The translations under genes were made by a program, and so were the position numbers. The notes beneath the pieces are model-generated. The model was not told the origin of the DNA and searched no databases. It saw only the letters and a list, made by a program, of their open reading frames with translations. From the NCBI RefSeq assembly GCF_963853765.1, contig NC_088860.1, forward strand, positions 22,258,001-22,322,000: 64,000 nt of DNA, read 5' to 3'. Source of the stretch: Magallana gigas (taxonomy: Eukaryota). Each line of letters starts with the position of its first letter. Positions within the stretch are counted from its first letter, which is position 1. Shown in pieces: positions 44,801 through 55,700 of the stretch.

Positions 44801-47800
44801 TCGATTAAATTCATGAAATCAACAATAAAGCAGACTTCGCTATAATCATAATATTCTGGGAGTGTCTGATACACATGTATTTAAAGTTAATAGCTAACTC
44901 ACTCAATCAGTTCCTTGTTGATTCGTACTTTGGGCCTGGTGATCTTGAGATGGGTACAGTTGTGAGGGAGGACTATGACCTTGTCACTCCCAGGGAGTTT
45001 GTGTGGACATATCACAGTCTGTTAATTAAAGAAATTACACACATGTATATTTACAAGGGTTAATTTCACCCATACATTATGTACCGGTATACACCAAATG
45101 ATCAAACAAATAAGAAATATTTGTACAACAATTGGTCTGAATTCTGCTATGAGGTATGATTACTACCATTAATTTGATTGAAACATGGCAATATAACATG
45201 TAGCATGTTATAAAAATCACAGTCCTTTGTACTTGAATTAATCCACTATGGCAGCTAGAATATTTGTGTACATACTAGGATAAAAATAACTGTATGATTC
45301 TTCCTTAGATGTTTCACACCATTCCTTCTTCATATTACCTTGTTCATATACGTTATACATGCATTGCTTATTATGTAAAAAAAGACTATATACCTTTTCT
45401 CCACAGCTGGGGCAAAATTTTGCATCCTTGAATTCTTCAAAAGAGCGCCCTTGATTGTTTGAGGAGTAGAGCATGGCGGCATATTTACTAAAGACCCTCT
45501 CCTGGGGAATAAACGGGTCAGCGTCCGGTCCCTCCTCATCATCATTATCATCGTTGAGACCCGCTGACAAAATGGAGTCTGCAGAAATATAAAATTCAGT
45601 GACTTAAATTACTACGCAACAACTGAATGCATATCCTATTGGGTGAAAAAAGCTATACTCTCATGGTCCAGTAATTCAACAAAGACTGATAATATATATA
45701 TGTATCATTACTGTGCAGTTGCAAATGGGTATTAAATATTTCTTTTATCATTTTACATATTTTGGTTGAATATCAGGATTTTATACCATTAATATTCTTG
45801 TTGAAGTGATGTTAAAAGCAATTTGTGCTGTATTTTAACCTTTGTTTCTGAATTCTATGCATTTACAGTTGTCTAAACCTTCATTTCTTTATATAATTTC
45901 AAAAATTTAACCATGCATGAAATGATATTCTTCTTAATATTTCAAATTCTCACTATGACTAATAGCTACACATTCAACACATTTAGTACTACTTGTACTA
46001 ATGAAGGCTCTATGCACTCTTGAATCTAATGATGAATTTCAAAATGAAATGCAAGTAAGTTAACATAATAAATATCTTTTGTAGAAAATGTACGAAATTT
46101 TAACAATTTGATTTCATCTGCACAATGCAAAAGAATAGCAATGCATTTATTGCTTTAATAAACAACTGAAATGTGCATACTTAATTCTACAACTTGAATT
46201 TAAATGAATTAACATCAATTGCAACAAAAATAGGATTTTATAGTACTGTACTGAAAACACAATATCATAAGTGGAAAACTGACAAAAAATAATCACAAAA
46301 ATGGAAGGTGTACGACAAGGTGAATGAATGTGACATTGGCTGTTATAGCATATATAAAATGTGTACTCTTTACCAGGATCTAAAACTATATCTGAAAAAA
46401 AATGTAAGTTTTTATATTAAAATGAGGTGAACATTTATTAGATAATATACAATTTAAAAAATATTCAATTTGGTTTTTGGTAAATCATTTTCTTAACAAT
46501 AAAATCTTTTTCTCAATAAGTTGAATATTCATTATGCTTCTATCAAGTTTCTTAACACTTTGGGTTGTATAATTACCTGATTTATTAAGTCCGGCAGGAT
46601 CTGGCATTTTTCCTGTTCCTTTTCGCTTCCTGTAAGTACACAAAGTTAATACATGTATTTATGGGATTATAATTTCTTAGAGATATTCTTGTTTACTAAT
46701 TGACATAACATGGTCACACTAGATGATGATGATTTAGTGATGGCCGGTACATTTTTTACTTACGTGACTGTGGGTTTATTTTGCTCTAGGATTTCCAGCT
46801 GTTTCATAAGCATTTTGCAATGCTCTTTTAGTAATGCCAACTCGTTGCTGATGTCTCCAACATTGAATTTAAAGCGCTCTTGTACGGCTTCAAGCTGTAA
46901 TTATAAATGTTTTGTATCATTTTCTCTTACCTTACCTAGGTAAAAAATTATACATTTTACTTTAAATCTGCTCTCTTCATTTAATTACAGTGTAAAAGTG
47001 GTTATTTATGCTAGGGGAAATTTACACTAGTTAGGCTGAAAACCGCGTTCATTACCGCATTAATTACCCACGCGCATATGGTAGAAAAATAAACAATTAG
47101 AGTGGTAAATTGCGCATCCGCACATTTAATACCCATGCATACTGTTTGACCATAGAAATTGCGTACGCAACCACCAGCGTAAATAACCATTTTTACAGTA
47201 ACATTGCCTCCACTCCCAATGAATGATATCCTCATTTCTTTAAAACTTGCACTGTTAAAATTCATTTAACAATGGCTTCTACCCTCATGACTGATCTCCC
47301 CTGTTTCATGTTGCAACTAAAGATTTAGAACCATTTGAACAAGAGCTTTGACTTTGGGTAGTTGTGTCAAACAGCAATGAGACAATATAGGCTTGTCTGT
47401 TTCATTGCTAGCCACTCAGCCATGGCTCTTTGAAATCAACAAGTTTTGGCTGGCTTTTAAGCTAAAACAATGCAAAGACTACCGTACACAATCGTTGTAT
47501 ATTTCCCTTGAAACCACTTCATTTTTAACTTGTTTTGATGCAAGGAATAGATAATTACACCCAACTGAAAGTCCAAGGTCTTCTTAAAATGATTCTAATA
47601 TGCACTCTTGTAATTAGCAATGAATATCCTACAGAGACTTCTACCCATATGTCTCCTTTTAGTTACGTTTCCTTAAATATTTTTAACCTCCTAGTCAGCT
47701 TGCTCTACATCAATCTCCTAACATTAATTAGTTTAAACCGACAATTACTTCTCCCTTTGTGGAGGATCATCCTTTATACTAACACAAAAGTTAGCCTCTA

Positions 47801-50800
47801 CAAAGACTTAATTCTCCCTTATAAATATTTTCTCCTCTCTTTATCTCTTGGTAAGCCTGCTCTTGTATATTAATCTCCTGATATTAATTTTTCCCTTTGT
47901 AAAAGACCCTTCCCCATATTAAAACATAGCTCCTACAAAGACTTAATTCTCTCCATACATATTTTATTTCCCCCTCCTTACCTTTTTGCCAGACTGCTCT
48001 AAAGCCATATACCGTATAATGACAAAGTTTTCCCTTTACCCCCTCATGAAGGATACTTTTCATATTATAAAACAGGAGTCCCTTCAATGCCCCCCCCCCC
48101 CCCTCTCCTCCCTTACACATATTTTGGCCTCCCTTACCTCCTGGTCGGCCTGCTCTATATCCATCTCCTGAACCTCATACTCAGCGTCCGTCAGGTCGTC
48201 TCTGTCGTCTATCTTCATCAGCTCCGATTTATGCTCCTCCAAAAATTTATCAAATTCTGTAAGAGTAGAAAATATGCTCGGAGTTGCACCTTAAATTTGT
48301 ACAATCCCCATAGCAATATTTGCAGAATTTTAATGAAATAATGTTGGTAATTTTGTTCAAACTCTTAAAAACCTAACAAAAACACACATATTAAATATAT
48401 CATTGAATCTAAATAGAAAAAAAAATCATTTGTACTAAAATTTATAATTCTATTGTGTACCGTACTTAATATTCTGAAAAGTATTCTACCATAGATAGAC
48501 ATTTGTAGGTCCTCCACATCCTCTGGAAAAGTTTGTAATACAAGTCTGACTTAATTTTTATATTCTTTAAAGATATCAAGTTCAATCATGCCTTTGACTT
48601 GAAAATGACAGTAAAAATGTTCAATTTTGCGGAAAAATGAACTTTTTACAAATATATTGCTTTCCATAAAAACAAAAGTTCCTCATGCTATATAAATCAA
48701 ACTCAGGACCTGCGGGCTAGCAGACCGAAGTTATACCCACTGCGCTACAGAAACAGACACCCAATTTTGGTGACATAAACAGTTTCAAACTGAGTTAAAA
48801 TAGCCATGTTGTGACGTACTGCCATAAAAAGTAAATGTCAGGGTGTCAAGGACCCTTTTAAAACTTGCTAATCTAGGATGAAAAGCCTGACTGAATTTTT
48901 GCTATTTCGCTATCCCTTCAATGAGTATTTTACCTTCCACTGCAGTATTCATGACACTCATGATCTGATCTTCCAATTTCTGGGCAGCCTCAATATTGTT
49001 CATCAAGTTAGCCTGGTAACAAATAGGAATGTTTTTTTGATTATGAATATCTTCATGATTAATTTCAATTGTATTTACAATGCTCTCTACCTTTCCATTA
49101 TGATGTTGTAATTATCAAAATTTAGGAAAAGGTATACATGTGTTATTTAATTATCTAATAGCAGGTTATTTTGGTGGGTGTACAATTTTGTGATATGATA
49201 AAAATAAGATGTACATGAGTGGCTCTTATTTAATTTTCTATTATACAAGTTTTAAGGGGCAATTTGATTTTAACTGCCAAATTTACCAGTATCACCCATC
49301 AAATTGCATGACCAAGGTACTTTATATTAATAGTAAAGTCACTTATAGTTAATAAAAACAACAAAACTTTTATTTTATATACCCTTTTCGTTGAGATGAC
49401 AGGCTTTATCTTTCGATCAAGACTTTCTGAGGATTCACCGGTCTCAAGAAATGCTGTTATAAGAAAAAAAAAATTAATTTACAGTTGAACCATTAAAAAT
49501 CCTGCCATTCTCTCTCTCTCTCTCTGATCTCTCTTCTCTCTCTCTCTCGCTTAAAAAAAAAAGAAGGTATGGTTCTTTAATACCATAGTAGAGGTCATCG
49601 TATCCCTTCTTGTATCGTGCCAAGTTCTCGATTTCCTGATGTGCCTCGTCCAATGAATCCTGAAGGTCATTGATGTCACCTTCTAACCTTTGTTCCATGT
49701 CCTCTGACCTCTCCCTCTCCTCTTTTAATTCTTCCTCGACCCTTTGATAGAGATACAAATGTCATGGAATGTCTTTATTGAGCAACAATGCATCTTACCT
49801 TTACAATACTTAAACTTCCATTAAAATGGTTAAATTTAATGTTATTCTTTATATGATTATCATAATATCAGAACAAAAACTTGAACTTTTTCTCTATTCA
49901 ATGTTTAAAATATTGTCTGATTTCTTGTCAAACAGACTGCGTTGCCCTTACACTTACACTCAAAAAAACTTCACTGGCCATGCAAGTACATGAATACAAG
50001 AATGACAGTAACAAAATATACTGGGGCACACTGCCTAAAAGTGTATTCAGGAATTTATCCAGTAATTTTAGGAAATTTGGTCTGTTCCCCCCAAAAAATG
50101 GATTCTTTTTTTTTTACCGGTATTCTTAATAAACACGTAGCGGTGAGTACCAATGCTTTATCTACAATTCAAGATTTACCTGGTGATGTCTGCCTCCTTC
50201 TGCCTTAGATCCTCCTCCTGGCCCTCAATTTTATGATTCAGCTCCTCAATGTTCTCCTCCAGCTGTGCTATCTTCTGTTGAGATTCCTCAAACTGCTTGT
50301 GTTTATCAAACAACCTTAAAAGAAGATCAAATTGTTGTATAAATATACCAAAATTGTAATTTATGTACAGTATATGAGAAAATTTATATAGAGAGCACTT
50401 AATTGTAATAAAATTCACATATAATCAACTTCTTAAACTGTCAAAAAAGGACATCATCCATCTATGGCATCTTTTTTTTTTAATTCTACCTGCGCTTGAC
50501 TTCCTCCAGCTGCTCTGACAGTAGATCTTGTTTATCATCCCTCTCATCAAATATCCTCTTCATTAGAGTAAAGTATGGAATTTTTGTCACTGTTCCGTCA
50601 GTGTGTGTGGTCAGATCCTCACTGTACACAGCATCTACATAAAAAAGTTGCATATAAAACTTGCCCACATTTACATACTGTTAACCAACTTTTGTTTGTG
50701 AGCGAAAATTTTTCATAATCTTCGCGGGAGCCTCGTTGTCAAGAATATTTCTTGAGGGAGCAAGTACTTAATTGATCAGAACAGATGTAAATAACAACAC

Positions 50801-51661
50801 AGGTGTGGTGAAGTCTTCAATGCAAAAATTAGTCATGGAAAAAAAAATCAACAATGCATCCACTGGCATCCTAGTCAAAATTCTTAAACATTAAGCTTTC
50901 ATAAAGTAATACTTTTTATGTGGAGTAAAGTTAACAGATAAACATACCAAATAAATCATCCTTGATTTTAGTGAATATCCTGGTATACACCCCAAGCTTA
51001 GGAACTAGATCGTCTAGAACCCTGAAGGCAATTCTGATGCGCTCTTCATTTGGAACACCTCCTACTGATGGGTTTTCCACACACATCAACTCATAGTTTT
51101 TCACTGTAAGCAGACAGATAAAAAATATTTCATTTGAACATAAATACTGACTTTAACTATTCAACACTAATAAAAGTTATATCCATGTTAATTTTTCCTC
51201 TCTCTCTCAAATTGACTGTAAAATCTCAAATGTATTTAAATTTAGTGCATGATTCAAATAAATCGTGGAAATAAAAACAGCAATTTAAAGTTCATATGGA
51301 TTTTTAAAGGAGGTTAGTTTATGAATAAAAATGCACTGCATGTCTTCTGATAATCAAGATCAAGATTTATGAACATGATCAGTTAATTAGCAAGGGTAAA
51401 AACTGAGCTTTGTAATAGATCCAAATTTTGTAGATACTTAGACTAAATATTCAAAATATTTTTTTTCGTAATCAAATATTTAAAGGGTTGATGAAAGAGC
51501 AGATATAATTTGGTATCTTAATAAACAACTGAGAATATTCGGGTGAAACGAGCACTTGCTGAAGTGTTCCAAACCCTATTTAGGATTAAAGAATTTCAAA
51601 GATTGTGTCTACCTTGAGCAAAACTACTATCTACAGCTTTAGAAGTCTTCCGTGACTCCAT
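35814..51661 (-). CDS. Uncharacterised protein, about 859 aa, 22 coding exons: N-terminal helical region, long coiled coil, CPSC-x6-CPH knuckle, helical C-terminal domain (possibly distantly TSNAXIP1-like)
   Basis: complement join 51613-51661, 50948-51103, 50490-50634, 50180-50314, 49584-49741, 49383-49453, 48934-49012, 48138-48256, 46764-46894, 46577-46629, 45394-45578, 44903-45018, 44460-44610, 44159-44242, 43802-43894, 43458-43565, 43020-43172, 42471-42596, 42019-42214, 41364-41468, 39538-39634, 35814-35883; 2580 nt, one open frame across all GT-AG junctions. First and last exons are less certain. Confidence 0.85.
37560..37980. repeat. Degenerate short-period (about 20-bp) ATTGATG/GATATC tandem array, probably part of a transposon
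   Basis: Repeated motifs TGATGATATC, AATTGATG, AATTTGTTG. Confidence 0.5.
38023..38539. mobile_element. Kolobok-type MITE, 517 bp
   Basis: TTAA|AGGGACTTTGACACGATT...AATCATGTTCAAGTCCCT|TTAA; TTAA TSD and AG..CT termini. Confidence 0.8.
40225..41121 (+). mobile_element. HINE-like element (3' end clear, 5' boundary uncertain)
   Basis: (GACG/GACA)n at 41045-41077, then hairpin TAGGGCACCCGCAAATCCTTGCGGGGCCCTA at 41089-41120. Two related blocks of about 130 bp at about 40240 and about 40670 lie upstream. Confidence 0.6.
47326..47598. mobile_element. About 260-bp MITE family, copy 3 of 3
   Basis: Same TIRs and interior as 21888-22140. Confidence 0.75.
47640..48175. repeat. Degenerate tandem repeat of about 150 bp whose unit includes the 3' end and donor of exon 48138-48256
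   Basis: Anchor TGCTCT at 47701, 47858, 47995 and 48151, with similar flanks (TTACCTCCTGGTCGGCCTGCTCTATATCCATCTCCTG-like) and CCTACAAAGACTTAATTCT repeated. Confidence 0.7.
48507..48856. mobile_element. Kolobok-type MITE with internal tRNA-like segment (minus strand), decayed
   Basis: AGGTCCTCCACA...GTGTCAAGGACCCT|ttta ends. The minus strand reads TAGCGCAGTGG...GAGTTTGATT at about 48700-48750. Confidence 0.45.
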
Positions 51662-52762
51662 GATTTTATGCAATCTCTTTTTACTCCAATTCAGGACAGT
51701 GTAACCAAGCAAGCCATATTTGGTGTCTAAACGAAAAACCCAAACAAGCACCACGCTTAAATCCGGTTTCGCTGAAAGCCAACGAGCGATTTCTCCCCCA
51801 CTGATGTACTTGTAAACTTACTTGTTTTTTGTGTTTGTTTATTTTATCATATCATATAATTGATATGCCAGTGGTCTTGTTTTGAGACAATAAAGATTCA
51901 AATTTAATTGAATTACTTAATCCCCTTCGTCACCAATCAGGGAATATATGAATCTATATATTTGAGCATATTAAAGATTCACTTTCATTGGTAGTAGTCG
52001 AGTTTAAAAGGCTTATCATACTAAAAAAAATTGGATCTAGCATTCAACGTCGCAACATACAGCATGTCTAACTTTAATATACATGCAATGATGTACTTTG
52101 CAGAACAAGGTTCCTCTGATAACGTTATGTGCTTTAGAAATCATTAATATTTTTTCCTTACTTTACTAACCTAGATAGAAACATGTAAAATATAAAACAA
52201 ACGGCATTATTGGTTCATGAATATGATTTTATTTAAAATAAAAACATCATGAATATTCATTACATGTACTTCATGCAACAAAATATAATGACATTTAAAT
52301 CACATGAAATCTGAACAACATATTTTAATTAAATTACATTGCACATTACAAAAATAAACTTATTATCATATTTGTCCATATTTTTAAGTTCAATGGTTGT
52401 ACCGTAAAATAAATAAACATGTGTTTTTAAATAGTATGATAGCCCAGCTATGCTCAATTATGTATATACATGTCATAATTTCTGTAACATGTTGAGATTT
52501 TATAATTAAGGACTACATGTACATGTATTATCAAACAAATAGACAAAATTCTCCAGTATGACCCAGAAGATTTGCATACTGCTGATTAATAGAGATTTGT
52601 ACAGTATAATAGATATATCTATAGAAACAGCATTTCTTTTTATACAAAAACAAAAACTTGCATCATCTAAAGATTTAACAAATATTTTTGCTATCTACCA
52701 TTTACATGTATGTATTGCCATCAATGCATATTATGTGCCTATTAAAATTATATTATAAAAAA

Positions 52763-55700
52763 TCACTTTAAGGAATAGTTAAACTGGTTTCCAAATCGAT
52801 CCCGGATTCTTTTGTAGGCAAGATTATCCATGACTTCATTCACTCTCTTCATGGCAGACCTGAAATAATTATAAAATGACCTTAGCTATATAAATCATTC
52901 CTTGCATGAAGGTCTATAAAAAGGTTCAAAAGTGTCATGGAAAATTTTATAAAGGAGGCTATGTCAGCTTTCTATTTCTAGCAATTAGGTATTATGGTAA
53001 ATAAAAAAGAACATTTCCTTTCATGTTTTAGCCTTGGAATTAAATTTAATTTGCATATTTTTTCTACTGTACATTTTTTATACAAGCACTGTTTTTTTTC
53101 TAAGGTTATAATATACTAAAATTGACCTCAATTATCAAGCTACATGCATGCTTAACAAATAATTTCATGTGCCCTTAAATAATGTGTATGATTTGTCCTA
53201 TTTCAAAGAATCATCTATTGCAAAACATGGTAACACCTCAATGAAATCCACTGCTGAACAAATGTATGCTGTAGGCCACACCAATATAATTTCTTGTTCG
53301 TTGGACCCCATGCGCTCGTATTTAAATAAAACTATACAAATAATATCATTATTGATTTCCTGCATCCAGGAAATTCTGCGCTGTTTTCTGTTCTATTTCT
53401 GCTCTATTTTTCGTATTTTAAATAGTTTTAAATCATAAATTAGAAACAAGTAGAAAAAATATAACTGTTTGCATCAATTCATTTATGTACCGCTGAAAAA
53501 TTTTGGCTACAAAAAATAATAGTTTTATTATTTACCAGTAATTGCTCGCCCGCGTGTACCTTTTTTCATTGGCTGTCCGACAAACAAGAAATTATATTGG
53601 TGTGGCCCTAGTTACATGTTATAACAGTCAACTATGCACACTGCACTCACTTATTGAGGACTTTTTTCTCCAGTCTTGTCCTGGCGGTGTTTTCTACTAC
53701 ATTAATGTCTGTCAGGTTGGGATATTTCGGTTCTTTACTTTTCTTCCCTTTTCCTTTTCCCTTGCCTTTCTTTTTCTTGGATCCTAGATCCACCCCTAAA
53801 GCACCTTCAATGTCAGCCTGTAATTCTGGGTCCTGCCAGTCATTTAATTCCTCTACAAAACCACGTTTTCACAGAGTTGATATATGTATTGATGTACATG
53901 TACGATACAGAGGAGAAACAACTTTTGCATCAATAAAAATTATCTTATATCCACTTATCAAGATGCAAAAAAAAACCCAAAAAAAACTTGATCGTACAAC
54001 TTGAATTTTAGTTCAAAATTGTCCCATCTTCAAATTTTATTTTTTTTTATTTTTCAAGAGATGAACTGACATATGGTGTTGTGTTACATGTATGAGTTAC
54101 CCTCTAACTGTCCCTGAGTACTTGTTGACGCCATATTTTGTTGACCTGGCTCAGACGGAATGCCATATTCATCTCTGCCAATGATTTTCCCATGGAAAGG
54201 ACACTGTAGATTAACAAGAGATTCTCATGTTACAAACAAACTCCTGCAAAATTTCACTAGGGCACTGGTCATGCATACCAGATAATGCAACCCATAATGC
54301 TAATGAAAACCAACTTTTAATGACATGCGTACATGTAAGTTCTGCAGAGTTTGCTTACCGGTAGCAGAGCATGCAACACTTGCCAAAAGTTGTGTTTTAG
54401 AGATACGGAATTTTGACAAGAGTTCCTTGGTGCTCACTCTGCTTATTGGGGCTGCATTCAAGATCGTAGCTGCTACGTAATTGAACGGTAATCTAGCCTA
54501 GTCGCTAGGTAGATAATTGTAGCCTAAATATTTTATGCTAAGCATCAAATTCAAGATGGCCACCTTAGTTACCACTTTGTTACAAACATGAAATCTATTC
54601 ACTTAGTGATATTTTGTTCATCCTTTAAGTTACCGAGTATAATGAATTTTAACATGCATATTACCGATTGAAATTAACAAATTATGTCGATGTAATTAGT
54701 CTTTAGTTGAATATTTCCAACTTCAAATCTGATACCTAGCGGTCCATTCACTAGACCTAGATATCTATGACCTAGCGGCTAGGCTAGCTGCTACAATCTT
54801 GAACGCAGCCCATGCAGGTCTTTAGATGTAATTGTCATTGCAAACAATGGTATGTAAACATGAGTGAGGAATACATGAGGAATAGTTTAATACAAACATT
54901 ACTGTGAACAACTTTAATGATGACAAAGATTAACAAAAAAATTCATTTTATACAAAAGTTGGTTTAAAGTAAAATTAAAAAAAAGAAAATTAACCAAAAT
55001 TTTTATGTTCATTTTATGCATGATATACCAGTACATATATTTAACATTCACACAGTCTATTTTACCTTGACACGATCCATTCTTTCACATAAACTGCCAT
55101 TAGGAAGTGGAGCACGGCACTTCCACTTCACAGGTTCAAATTTTCCCACAAAAGGAATGGTTCTCTTCGTCAGTTCTCCTATATTGTTCTGAAATTATGA
55201 TAAAATTATCATCACCAATTATTACAATTATTACTCTCGATCTGTTTCTGTGACTGAAGTCACTTTAAAAGCTGCTGAAAAAACCATGTAGCAATGAAAG
55301 AAAAAGTGAGCAAGCTCATAATATACCCCATGCTTTCCCATTTCTTGACAATGATACACATAATAAATAGCAAAGTTTGCATTAAATACACAAAATAATT
55401 TGATAAAATTCATAACTTGCAAAAAATCATCAGATCATAACTTCTTGCAAATATGCACATCTATTCATTTGTCTTTAACACCAAAAAAATTTAAATTCAA
55501 AAAAGGGCCAAAACTCCCTTAAAAATAAAGGAATTTAAATTTCCTGGTAATACGCACACCTACACATCGTGTCCTACATATAAATACCTAGTTTCACTAA
55601 ATTCTATGCTGCGGTTTAGGAGAGCTGCATTTACAAATTTCATTACTATACATGTGTTCATTATATGGCCAAAATTTTAAGTTCATAAGGACCAAAATTC

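Noticed and set aside
51662-51815. Open frame continuing about 50 codons upstream of the proposed ATG of the uncharacterised gene
   Set aside because: It has no ATG, is bounded by an in-frame TAA, and I found no upstream coding exon before the UVSSA 3' end; left as probable 5' UTR.
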